DNA from: Alphaproteobacteria bacterium | Lineage (GTDB): Bacteria > Pseudomonadota > Alphaproteobacteria > UBA7887 | Length of the DNA stretch: 64,000 nt | Assembly (NCBI GenBank): GCA_965216755.1 | Contig: CBDCGL010000011.1 | Span: 1,280,001-1,344,000, forward strand | Direction: 5' to 3' | Shown: positions 19,354 through 28,685 of the stretch, in pieces | Numbering within the stretch: position 1 is the stretch's first letter | Layout: each line of letters begins with the position of its first letter | Notes under the pieces: generated by a model | What the model was told of the DNA's origin: nothing | Databases searched by the model: none | The model's input: only the letters and a program-made list of their open reading frames with translations | Position numbers and translations under genes: made by a program

Positions 19354-21408
19354 TCACCTGGGCGCCGCGGCCATATTGCCACCGTCGACGGTCACGATCG
19401 ATCCGGTGGTTTTGTCCGCCATCGCCAAATCCACAAAAGCCCGAGCCACATCATCGGCCAGGACCTCACGGCCTAGTAGATTACCCGTCATGTAGTCGTC
19501 GATTGAAATTCCACGCGCATGTGCACGTGTCGCGATCATATCGTCGGTTACCAGACCCGATCGAACGCGATCCGCGTTTACTGCATTGGACCGTATACCG
19601 GCAGCGCCGTAATCAACTGCATACTGCTTGGCGAGGAACAAAGTGGCTGCTTTCGGAAGTCCGTAGGGTCCAAATTCGCGCCCCGGATTGAGAGCCTGCT
19701 TTGACGCGTTGAACAGCAGGACGCCACCAATGCCTTGGGCCACCATGATTTTTACGGCGGCCTGCGCAACAGTTTGGTGTGCGAAGAAATTGAGTTCGAA
19801 ACTCTCTCTGAGTTGTGCGTCCGAGACCTCACCCATACGCCCTTGCCATGCGGCCCCAGCGTTTGAAACAACGATGTCTAGGCCGCCAAAATGCGCGGCG
19901 ATGTCATCAAACGCCTTTTGCACATGGCCGCTGTCGGTCACATCGCAAGTTAGCCCCAAACCATTGATTTTCACGGCCGCTTTGCCAACAGCGGCCGCGT
20001 CGATATCTAGTATGGCGACTTCCGCGCCGGCGCGCGCAAAAGCGGTCGCAGTCGCCACGCCGATGGCGCCGGCACCGCCGGTCACGGCCACGATGCGTCC
20101 CGCCAACGGTTTTTCTTTGGCCTTGCCGAGTTTGGCTTGCTCCAACGACCAATACTCAATGTCGAACAAGTCTGAATCCGAAATGCTTTGGTATGTGCCG
20201 AGGCGCTCGGCATCGGCAATTACCTTGATATTGGCTTCGATCAAATCCGCCGCAATCTTGGATGCCTTGGCCGAATTGCCCAATCCGAACGCGCCGACGC
20301 CGGGGACCAGAATACTCCGTGGCATTGAATCAAGCTGCGTTCGGGCTGTGATTTGGCGCGCATTGTTGCGCGCAAAATAAGCCGCGTATTCGTCGCCGTA
20401 ACTATCCAGAGCGCGCCGAACCCCGGATGCCCAACGCGCCAGGTCATCGACACCTGGTGCAGGCACGACCAAGGGCCATGGCTTTATGCGAATTGCATGA
20501 TCCGGGGTAATCGGGCCGGCCCGTCCATAGCGGGCGACTTCCGCCCCGTTAACAAAAGCAAGGATACTTGGATCCGATCGCAGCGTCATGACCATCGGGC
20601 GATAACGCCCGTGGCCCCGGTCGCGCGGTTGCGCGATCATGCCACGTAGCAGAGGTGCGACGCGCGCCGCCGACGCGATTGTTGCCGGCAGCTCAACCGA
20701 CGGGAAATGCGACTTCGGCGCCTGCGAAATTCGATCCTCGGCCAAGCTGACCAAATCGACCATACGCTCGTACGACAGCTTAGCGCTGTCGCCAAAAGAG
20801 AAGATACCGTGCTTAAGGAGAACCAAGCCTTCACAATCGGGATTTTCGTCCAGCACCCGCGCCGCCGCTTTGGCAAGCGTAAATCCCGGCATGATGTAGG
20901 GGACGAGAGCGGCGCGCCGGCCAAATACCTCAGCGCATAGGTCAGCGCCGTTGGGTTGATCGGTGAGCGCCAATACGGCGTTGGCGTGCGTATGATCAAC
21001 GTACTTATGGGGTAGGAACGCGTGTAGCAATGTCTCAACGGATGGATTGGGAGCCGTACTGTCCAACAGATTGCCACGCTGGACGTTGACCATATCCTCG
21101 TCGCTGAGCGCATCCCGCTTTCGCAGGCGCCTGAGCGGCGCAAGACGGACTGCGGGAAGCCCCGCCGGCTCAATGTCCGCCATGCCCCAGCCCGACCCTT
21201 TGACGCACAGAACCTCGACCTCATCGCCGATAATGTCCGCCATGACCGTCTTGACCGAGGTGTTGCCGCCGCCGTGTAGCACCAAGCGCGGGTCCCGACC
21301 GAGCAAGCGGCTGGAGTAGACTCGCAATGCGAGCTCCCGCCCCACATTCTGACGGCCATAGTGGGCGACGGTCTCGTCGGCGTCGCCATCTGACCAAAGA
21401 CTTTCCAT
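19354..21408 (-). CDS. Bifunctional class II aldolase / short-chain dehydrogenase
   Basis: HGGGNTSVK, PSVETLLH, HTH and LKHG motifs; C-terminal TGGAGAIG and YGLPK SDR domain. Confidence 0.9.
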   Translation of the reverse strand: MESLWSDGDADETVAHYGRQNVGRELALRVYSSRLLGRDPRLVLHGGGNTSVKTVMADIIGDEVEVLCVKGSGWGMADIEPAGLPAVRLAPLRRLRKRDALSDEDMVNVQRGNLLDSTAPNPSVETLLHAFLPHKYVDHTHANAVLALTDQPNGADLCAEVFGRRAALVPYIMPGFTLAKAAARVLDENPDCEGLVLLKHGIFSFGDSAKLSYERMVDLVSLAEDRISQAPKSHFPSVELPATIASAARVAPLLRGMIAQPRDRGHGRYRPMVMTLRSDPSILAFVNGAEVARYGRAGPITPDHAIRIKPWPLVVPAPGVDDLARWASGVRRALDSYGDEYAAYFARNNARQITARTQLDSMPRSILVPGVGAFGLGNSAKASKIAADLIEANIKVIADAERLGTYQSISDSDLFDIEYWSLEQAKLGKAKEKPLAGRIVAVTGGAGAIGVATATAFARAGAEVAILDIDAAAVGKAAVKINGLGLTCDVTDSGHVQKAFDDIAAHFGGLDIVVSNAGAAWQGRMGEVSDAQLRESFELNFFAHQTVAQAAVKIMVAQGIGGVLLFNASKQALNPGREFGPYGLPKAATLFLAKQYAVDYGAAGIRSNAVNADRVRSGLVTDDMIATRAHARGISIDDYMTGNLLGREVLADDVARAFVDLAMADKTTGSIVTVDGGNMAAAPR

Positions 21409-21441
21409 AGAAACCCCTAGTTCAGGCCCCGAGTCGTGCCG

Positions 21442-22554
21442 CTAGGCCGCGTCGGCGGCATGCTCCGGATAAAGGCCCAGAAGCCCTTCGCGCGAGGCCG
21501 GACACACGCCACGCTCGGTTATTAATGCGGTCACCAGCCGCGACGGCGTGACATCGAATGCGTAATTGGCCGCCTGGCTATTCGGCGGAGTTAACGCCAC
21601 TGTGGTCACCGCGCCGCGATCGTCGCGTCCTGAAATCTCGGTGACTTCGCGTGGGTCCCGTTGCTCTATCGGCACTGACCCGATCCCGTCGCCGATTTTC
21701 CAATCAATTGTTGACGACGGCAGCGCCACATAAAACGGCACACGTGTATCCCGCGCCGCCAGAGCCTTCAAATACGTGCCGATCTTGTTGCAGACATCGC
21801 CATGTGCCGTGGTCCGGTCGGTGCCAACCAAACACATATCGACCATGCCATGTTGCATCAGATGGCCGCCCGCATTGTCGACAATCACCGTGTGCGGCAC
21901 TCCATGGCCACCAAGTTCCCACGCGGTCAATGAAGCGCCTTGATTGCGCGGTCGCGTTTCATCGACGAAAACATGTAGGGAAATGCCCTGTTCGTGTGCC
22001 GCATAAATCGGGGCCAACGCGGTACCCCAATCAACGGCGGCCAGCCATCCGGCGTTGCAATGGGTCAGCACGTTGACAGGTCGATCAGGTGCCGCGGCAT
22101 GGGCTTCCCGAATAAGCTCCGCACCGTGTGTCCCGATGCTCCGACACGTCGCGACGTCTTCATCGCAAATGGCCGCAGCCCGGGCATAGGCCAGAGCAAC
22201 GCGGCCTTCGCCGGTTGTGTCAGTCAAGCTTGCCCGCATCTGATTTAGCGCCCAGCGTAGATTGACCGCCGTCGGCCGTGTTTCGAGCAATTGCCGACAC
22301 GCCTCGTCCAACGCCTCGTCGCGGCCATCCGCGCGCAAGGCCAAGCACACACCGTATGCTGTGGTTGCGCCGATCAGCGGCGCGCCGCGTACCTGCATCG
22401 ACCGAATAGCCTGCGCCGCGTCGGCCACGGTTTCGAGTCGCGCCACCGCAAATTCATGCGGAAGCGCCGTTTGGTCGATGATATTCACCGCCCAACCGTC
22501 GTCCGCCAGCCAGATCGTCCGATAGGACTTATCACCAACTCTCATGGCATCCAC
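21442..22554 (-). CDS. mtnA: Methylthioribose-1-phosphate isomerase
   Basis: VRGAPLIG, RPTAVNL, LTHCNAG, DETRP, NKIGTY and FDVTP motifs. Confidence 0.95.
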   Translation of the reverse strand: MDAMRVGDKSYRTIWLADDGWAVNIIDQTALPHEFAVARLETVADAAQAIRSMQVRGAPLIGATTAYGVCLALRADGRDEALDEACRQLLETRPTAVNLRWALNQMRASLTDTTGEGRVALAYARAAAICDEDVATCRSIGTHGAELIREAHAAAPDRPVNVLTHCNAGWLAAVDWGTALAPIYAAHEQGISLHVFVDETRPRNQGASLTAWELGGHGVPHTVIVDNAGGHLMQHGMVDMCLVGTDRTTAHGDVCNKIGTYLKALAARDTRVPFYVALPSSTIDWKIGDGIGSVPIEQRDPREVTEISGRDDRGAVTTVALTPPNSQAANYAFDVTPSRLVTALITERGVCPASREGLLGLYPEHAADAA

Positions 22555-22667
22555 GCCGCATTCCGACGGCGCGTAAGTTAAACGCTGTGCGAGACCACTT
22601 CAATTGTGGCTCAGACTGGTGCCGACACCTATACTCGCCGCCGCTTGAACGATAGTGGCGACCGCAC

Positions 22668-23963
22668 ATGATTCCACGCTACAGCCGACCAGAAATGGCG
22701 CAGATTTGGGCGCCGGAAACGCGTTTTCAAATCTGGCTTGATATTGAGCGCTATGCCTGCGAAGCGCAGGAGAAACTGGGCGTGATTCCATCCGGCGTTG
22801 CCACCGCACTTGAGCAACGGGGCCAATTTGACGTCGATCGAATCGCCGCGATCGAACGCGACGTAAAACATGACGTGATCGCGTTTCTCACCAACGTCGC
22901 CGAACATGTCGGCGAGGAAGCTCGATTTGTCCACCAGGGTCTGACTTCGTCGGACATTTTGGATACGTGTTTGGCGGTCCAGTTGTGCCGTGCGACGGAC
23001 TTGCTGATCGATGACGTGAACTCTGTATTGGCGGCGCTCAAGACCCGGGCCTATGAGTTCAAGGACGTGGTTTGCGTCGGCCGCAGCCACGCAATTCACG
23101 CGGAGCCGACGACATTCGGGCTGAAGTTGGCGTATGCACATGCCGAGTTTGCCCGCAACCTGACGCGGTTGAAGACAGCCCGAGACGAAATCGCGACCTG
23201 CGCCATTTCCGGGGCGGTTGGGACATTTGCCAATGTCGATCCGGAGGTGGAACGTCATGTCGCCAATCGGCTTGGTCTCTGTGTCGAAACCATATCGACG
23301 CAGGTCATTCCGCGCGACCGGCACGCCATGTTTTTTGCGGTTTTGGGTGTCGTCGCGTCATCGATCGAACGGCTCGCAACAGAAATTCGTCATTTGCAAC
23401 GCACTGAGGTGCGCGAAGCCGAGGAATATTTCGCCGTCGGTCAAAAAGGGTCCTCGGCCATGCCGCACAAACGCAATCCGGTTCTGACCGAGAATCTGAC
23501 CGGCTTGGCCCGGGTAATCCGCATGGCTGTCGTGCCCTCCTTGGAGAATGTCGCCTTGTGGCATGAGCGCGATATTTCTCACTCCTCGGTCGAGCGCGTG
23601 ATTGCCCCGGATTCCACGGTCACGCTTGATTTCGCCCTGACGCGGCTCGCCAGAGTCATCGAAACTCTGGTCGTTTACCCGGACGCAATGCGGCGGAATC
23701 TTGAGAAATTGGGCGGCCTCATTCATTCGCAACAGGTGCTGCTTGCCCTGACGCAAGCCGGAATGAGCCGCGAAAACGCATATGAAACGGTACAGCGCAA
23801 CGCCATGACGACTTGGACTGAGGGCGGCCGGTTTCTCGATCGCTTAGCCGCCGATCCCCAAGTATCCGCGCATCTGGACAAATCCGCGCTGAGCCTCCTT
23901 TTTGATATTTCCCACCACACGAAACACGTCGATACGATATTCGCGCGGGTCTTCGGGACATAG
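22668..23963 (+). CDS. purB: Adenylosuccinate lyase
   Basis: MIPRYS start, KHDVIAF and GSSAMPHKRNP motifs. Confidence 0.97.
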   Translation: MIPRYSRPEMAQIWAPETRFQIWLDIERYACEAQEKLGVIPSGVATALEQRGQFDVDRIAAIERDVKHDVIAFLTNVAEHVGEEARFVHQGLTSSDILDTCLAVQLCRATDLLIDDVNSVLAALKTRAYEFKDVVCVGRSHAIHAEPTTFGLKLAYAHAEFARNLTRLKTARDEIATCAISGAVGTFANVDPEVERHVANRLGLCVETISTQVIPRDRHAMFFAVLGVVASSIERLATEIRHLQRTEVREAEEYFAVGQKGSSAMPHKRNPVLTENLTGLARVIRMAVVPSLENVALWHERDISHSSVERVIAPDSTVTLDFALTRLARVIETLVVYPDAMRRNLEKLGGLIHSQQVLLALTQAGMSRENAYETVQRNAMTTWTEGGRFLDRLAADPQVSAHLDKSALSLLFDISHHTKHVDTIFARVFGT

Positions 23964-23980
23964 CCAACAACCGGGCGTTA

Positions 23981-24664
23981 ATGGTCGACGGCGATACTCG
24001 GCTCATGGCGTACCCCGCAATACCCGCCGCCGTATTGTTGATCGTTTTCAACTGTGTGATTGCAGCAAGCGCCGTCGCGGCCGCGCGGGTTGAGACGCGT
24101 GTTGGCGATACGACGGTGTCCTTAATTGCGGACCCAGAATCCGGGTTGGTCGCATTGTCGAGCGACATCGGGATCAAGCTCGTCGACACTGTCAACGGGT
24201 TGATTTACTTGCTTGATCAGGGGCAACCGGCACGGGTTGTCGATCTAAAGAAGCTACCCGAGCCACGCATCGGAGGGCATGTTGTGGTTCAGAAAATCGG
24301 ACCTGGACCACGGATCGCGGGTTTTCCAACGTCGCGATTTCGGATTTGGTTCGACGGCCAGCTGTGCACGACCGTCGACGCCAATCTTTGGTTAAATCGG
24401 TCGCTCGATCCGGCGCCGCGTGCCTTCGAACTGTTGGATCGACTCAATATGGCTCTGTCGCCTGGTGCCGGCGCACCGTGCGAGCGCATCCCTTACCGTC
24501 ACTATAAGTGGATCGGATGGGGCATGCGCGTCGCGGATGTCAACGGCCAAGTCGTTGAAGCGACACTCGTCGAAGCTCACGCCGCAATTCCCGTAGGAGC
24601 ATTGCGTTTGCCGCTCGAGCCAACGGACGTGACCGACGCAATACTTGCGGCCGGTACGCGCTAG
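23981..24664 (+). CDS. Exported hypothetical protein (possibly DUF4412-like)
   Basis: Signal peptide; GPGPRIAGFPT motif; Cys pair. Confidence 0.55.
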   Translation: MVDGDTRLMAYPAIPAAVLLIVFNCVIAASAVAAARVETRVGDTTVSLIADPESGLVALSSDIGIKLVDTVNGLIYLLDQGQPARVVDLKKLPEPRIGGHVVVQKIGPGPRIAGFPTSRFRIWFDGQLCTTVDANLWLNRSLDPAPRAFELLDRLNMALSPGAGAPCERIPYRHYKWIGWGMRVADVNGQVVEATLVEAHAAIPVGALRLPLEPTDVTDAILAAGTR

Positions 24665-24733
24665 TGCCCTGGTTCCGGATCTTCGATGATTCTTGGTTGT
24701 TGGTTGGCGAAATCGCGATCCGTTCGGACATAA

Positions 24734-24840
24734 TTACGGTGACAGTTTACTAAATACACCATATTTTGACCTCTTGTGTCCCAAGCCACTACATTTTGTG
24801 TATTTAGTAAACTGTCACCGTAACACCGTAATTCGTAATT
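24734..24840. repeat. Perfect 26-bp inverted repeat (REP/REPIN-like) with stuttered right end
   Basis: TTACGGTGACAGTTTACTAAATACAC (24734-24759) / GTGTATTTAGTAAACTGTCACCGTAA (24798-24823), followed by CACCGTAATT CGTAATT. Confidence 0.8.
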
Positions 24841-24841
24841 G

Positions 24842-25162
24842 TTACTCACTCATGATTTGCTGTTTTGCGGTCTCGTAGAGCCGATCCATCTCCAGGCGTA
24901 TCTTGTGCTCGTCGATATCCAGGCCCTTGTCCGCAAAATCCTTTAGAACCTTTTCCACGACATCATCGGGCCCAGGTTTCTCAAAATCAGCCAGGACGAC
25001 GGTCTTGGCGTATGATTCTGCATCGGCGCCAGACAGGCCAAGCTTTGCCGCGGCCCAGGTACCAAGCAATTTGTTGCGCCGCGCCGTCGCCTTAAAGCGG
25101 AGTTCTTCGTCGTGCTCGAACTTCTTCTCCGCGCCGCGTTCACGTTCATCGAAAGTGGTCAT
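24842..25162 (-). CDS. DUF1476 family protein (F1Fo ATPase inhibitor zeta-like)
   Basis: MTTFDERE...F(E)HDEELRFKATARRNKLLG.WAA. Confidence 0.9.
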   Translation of the reverse strand: MTTFDERERGAEKKFEHDEELRFKATARRNKLLGTWAAAKLGLSGADAESYAKTVVLADFEKPGPDDVVEKVLKDFADKGLDIDEHKIRLEMDRLYETAKQQIMSE

Positions 25163-25297
25163 GCCTTTCCCTACTATGCCTCTTTGTGCTCAGTATACCC
25201 CGCAATCGGACGGTGACGGGTGACATATTGTGCACGTCTGTGTCCGTTACTACCATCGCCGCCGCGTGCAAATAGGCCCTGAGAGCCCCACTCCAAG

Positions 25298-26056
25298 ATG
25301 TGTACCGTTGTCATACTGCGCCGCCCAGACCAAGACTGGCCGACAATCGTGGGGGCGAACCGCGATGAAATGCATCACCGGCCTTGGCAACCTCCGGCCC
25401 GACATTGGCGAGACCGCCGCGACGTACTCGCCGGCCGAGACGAATTGGCCGGTGGCAGTTGGTTGGGTCTCAATGACGACGGTGTGTTGGCCGCCGTGCT
25501 CAATCGCACGGGCGAACTAGGGCCTTCATCCGAAAAACGCTCGCGCGGCGAACTGGTGCTCGAGGCGCTGGATCACGCGGACGCAAGAACGGCCGCGGAA
25601 GCGCTCTCGACGCTCGACGCCCGTGCATACCGAGGGTTCAACTTGGTCATTGCTGATAATCGCGACGCCTTTTGGCTTCACGGTCGTGGTGGGACTGATC
25701 GCCATGTCCGTGCTCACGCGATTCCCGGCGGCCTATCGATGGTAACGGCGCATGACCTGAATGACACGGATTCGCCGCGTATTGCCCACTACCGAGCAAA
25801 GTTCGCGAATGCCACCGCACCAGACCCAGCCGCCAATTCATGGAAGTCTTGGGAAGCCTTGTTGGCGGATCGCGTTGGCAACCAGACATATGGTCCGACC
25901 GGCGCGATGTGTATAGAAACGGATCAGGGGTTTGGCACCATATCAAGCTCGCTGATTGCCCTGCCCGGTATAAATCTTTGGCCACAAAAACCCGTCTGGC
26001 GATTCTCCGCGGGGCCGCCGCAGGAAGACGGCTATAAACCAGTGGCGATGGACTGA
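25298..26056 (+). CDS. NRDE/TANGO2 family protein
   Basis: MCT start, ANRDE, AGGSWLG and SRG motifs. Confidence 0.92.
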   Translation: MCTVVILRRPDQDWPTIVGANRDEMHHRPWQPPARHWRDRRDVLAGRDELAGGSWLGLNDDGVLAAVLNRTGELGPSSEKRSRGELVLEALDHADARTAAEALSTLDARAYRGFNLVIADNRDAFWLHGRGGTDRHVRAHAIPGGLSMVTAHDLNDTDSPRIAHYRAKFANATAPDPAANSWKSWEALLADRVGNQTYGPTGAMCIETDQGFGTISSSLIALPGINLWPQKPVWRFSAGPPQEDGYKPVAMD

Positions 26057-26202
26057 CTCACCCGGTGACTCCAGGCGGCATCCGCTGATTGTTTCTTGGA
26101 TTAATCGATGGGTCCCATAGATTGTGCTGGCGAACGCGGCTTGCTAACGGCACCTTTAAACACAAAAGAATGCGCAAAACAGTACGAGGAGAGGAGATCA
26201 CA

Positions 26203-26724
26203 ATGAAGGCTAGAATTTTGGCGATCGGCACCGTCACCGCGATCATCGCCGCTTCCAGCGCTTGGGCCGGATCGGAGCGTGTCACGTTTCCAGAGGGTTT
26301 TAAGGATTCGTTCACGTACTTTATGACCAGCGAGCGCGCCGACAACAATCAAGTGCGCTTCCTCTATGCGAATGACTTGGCCATTCAGGGCGCCCGCGAA
26401 GGCGGCGCGCTACCGAACGGGGCACAGTTCGCTATGGAGGTTTTTGCAGCCCAAGTCGACGAGAACGGCGAACCAGTGCTGGACAGCGACGGTAAATTCA
26501 TACCGGAGATCTTGAAGGTCATCGCAGTCATGGAAAAGGGCGAAGGCTGGGGCAACGACTACCCCGAGGATGTTCGCAATGGGGACTGGGAATACGCCTT
26601 TTTTGCCCCGGACGGAGCATTGAAGGCCGATGTCGAGACCGGGCCATGCATGGAATGCCATTTACCGTACGCGGAGGACGACTACATCATCTATCGCGAT
26701 CAACTTGATGCGGCCGCTCAGTAA
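26203..26724 (+). CDS. Cytochrome P460 / c'-beta family protein
   Basis: Signal peptide; FPEGF, VMEK, GDWEYAFF and C-terminal CMECH; RBS GAGGAG. Confidence 0.85.
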   Translation: MKARILAIGTVTAIIAASSAWAGSERVTFPEGFKDSFTYFMTSERADNNQVRFLYANDLAIQGAREGGALPNGAQFAMEVFAAQVDENGEPVLDSDGKFIPEILKVIAVMEKGEGWGNDYPEDVRNGDWEYAFFAPDGALKADVETGPCMECHLPYAEDDYIIYRDQLDAAAQ

Positions 26725-26948
26725 TGAAACGCAAGGCGTTGATATAACAAAATGAATCTCTCCAATAAGGGTTGGAAATAGGCAATTCCAATCTAAGGGA
26801 GGCCGTCCTCGACGGCGTTGGCGATTAGTCCGCGCGCACGTTGTCGGTGGTCTCCTTTTGCGCTATTTAGGACCCATAAAGGCGGCCAGACGACTCGCGA
26901 TCAGGCCGTCTTTCGTTCTTTTCCAAGGCCGCCGAAGGGATCGCTTGC

Positions 26949-27713
26949 ATGTCTCGCCGAAGACAAATTTACGAGGGCAAAGCAAAGGTCCTGTTCGAAG
27001 GGCCAGAACCGGGCACATTGGTCCAATATTTCAAGGACGATGCCACGGCCCATAACAACAAGAAGCGCGGCACGATCACAGGCAAAGGCGTGCTCAACAA
27101 TAGAATCTCCGAGTATCTGATGACACGTCTTGGAGAAATTGGAATTCCGACACACTTCGTGCGTCGACTCAACATGCGGGAGCAGTTGATCAAGGAAGTG
27201 GAGATCATTCCAATCGAGGTCGTGGTCCGAAACGTGGCCGCCGGATCGTTTACGAACCGCTTTGGGTTGCCGGAGGGATCGGCACTACCACGCTCCATCG
27301 TCGAATATTACTACAAATCCGACGAGCTCGATGACCCGATGGTTGCCGAAGAGCATATCACCGCATTTGGTTGGGCAACACCGCAGGAGCTCGACGAAAT
27401 GTTGTCGATGTCCTTGCGGATCAATGACTTCATCTCGGGTTTGTTGTTTGGATTGGGGATCCGCTTGGTCGACTTCAAGCTCGAATTTGGTCGGCTCTAC
27501 GAGAGCGATGATATGCGTGTTGTTTTGGCCGACGAGATTAGCCCGGACAATTGTCGACTTTGGGACACAAAAACGAATGAAAAGCTGGACAAAGACCGAT
27601 TTCGGCGCGATTTAGACCGGGTCGAGGAAGCGTATCAAGAAGTCGCGCGCCGTCTCGGAATCTTGCCGGAAGGCGGACCACGCGACCTCAAAGGGCCGGA
27701 GACGATGCAGTAG
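26949..27713 (+). CDS. purC: SAICAR synthase
   Basis: YEGKAK, DFKLEFG and LADEISPD motifs. Confidence 0.97.
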   Translation: MSRRRQIYEGKAKVLFEGPEPGTLVQYFKDDATAHNNKKRGTITGKGVLNNRISEYLMTRLGEIGIPTHFVRRLNMREQLIKEVEIIPIEVVVRNVAAGSFTNRFGLPEGSALPRSIVEYYYKSDELDDPMVAEEHITAFGWATPQELDEMLSMSLRINDFISGLLFGLGIRLVDFKLEFGRLYESDDMRVVLADEISPDNCRLWDTKTNEKLDKDRFRRDLDRVEEAYQEVARRLGILPEGGPRDLKGPETMQ

Positions 27714-27734
27714 GCTTTTGAGGAGCGAGATTCT

Positions 27735-27974
27735 GTGAAAGCCGTCGTCCACATCACTCTCAAGAACGGTGTCTTGGATCCCGAGGGAAAAGCGATTCAA
27801 AACGCCTTGCATGCGCTTGGTTTCGACGACGTCAACAATGTTCGTCAAGGCAAAGTTATCGAACTGACGATAAACGAGGCCAGTCCGGCGCAGGCGCGTG
27901 CCACCGTTGAAGCTATGTGCACCAAGCTGCTCGCGAACACGGTCATCGAGGACTATCGAATCGATCTTGAATAA
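27735..27974 (+). CDS. purS: FGAM synthase subunit PurS
   Basis: LDPEGKA and LLANTVIEDY motifs. Confidence 0.95.
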   Translation: MKAVVHITLKNGVLDPEGKAIQNALHALGFDDVNNVRQGKVIELTINEASPAQARATVEAMCTKLLANTVIEDYRIDLE

Positions 27975-27995
27975 ACCAAAGTCCGGATCGGACGA

Positions 27996-28685
27996 TTGAA
28001 ATCCGCGGTTATTGTTTTTCCAGGCTCGAATTGCGATCGAGACGTCGCGGTTGCCTTGGCCGAAAGTCTTGGGCGCGCACCTGAAATGGTGTGGCATGGC
28101 TGGACCGAACTCCCCCCGGTCGATCTCATTGTTTTGCCTGGCGGCTTTTCGTATGGCGACTATTTGCGCGCGGGCGCGATGTCTGCGCATTCACCTATAA
28201 TGCGGGCCGTGATCGCACGCGCCGATGATGGTGTCCCAGTCCTCGGCATCTGCAACGGCTTTCAAATCTTGACCGAGTGCGGACTGCTTCCCGGCGTATT
28301 GATGCGGAACCAGAATCTTCGTTTTCTTTGCCACGATGTGTCCTTGCGAGTCGAAATCAACGACACACGATTTACCCATCGCTATCGCGAAGGCGAAGTT
28401 ATTCGCGTACCAATCGCCCACAATGATGGCAATTACCAAGCCGATTCGGACACGTTGGAGCGGCTGGAAGGCGACGGACGCGTTGCGTTTCGGTATTGCT
28501 TCCCGGACGGAACTGTGGGCGCAAAGTCGGCGCCAAATGGCGCTCGAAACGCCATCGCAGGAATCGTCGATGAAAACCGCACAATATTGGGCATGATGCC
28601 GCATCCGGAACGCGCGGTTGAACCAGCGCTCGGCGGAACAGATGGTCGCCGACTATTCGAATCGCTCGTGGATACCCTGTCTTGA
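27996..28685 (+). CDS. purQ: FGAM synthase subunit PurQ
   Basis: FPGSNCD, GICNGFQ and MMPHPER motifs. Confidence 0.97.
   Translation: MKSAVIVFPGSNCDRDVAVALAESLGRAPEMVWHGWTELPPVDLIVLPGGFSYGDYLRAGAMSAHSPIMRAVIARADDGVPVLGICNGFQILTECGLLPGVLMRNQNLRFLCHDVSLRVEINDTRFTHRYREGEVIRVPIAHNDGNYQADSDTLERLEGDGRVAFRYCFPDGTVGAKSAPNGARNAIAGIVDENRTILGMMPHPERAVEPALGGTDGRRLFESLVDTLS

Noticed and set aside
26772-26791. TTGGAA-N8-TTCCAA palindrome as an Irr/ICE box
   Set aside because: The spacing does not fit TTTAGAA-N3-TTCTAAA, and it is too short to support alone.
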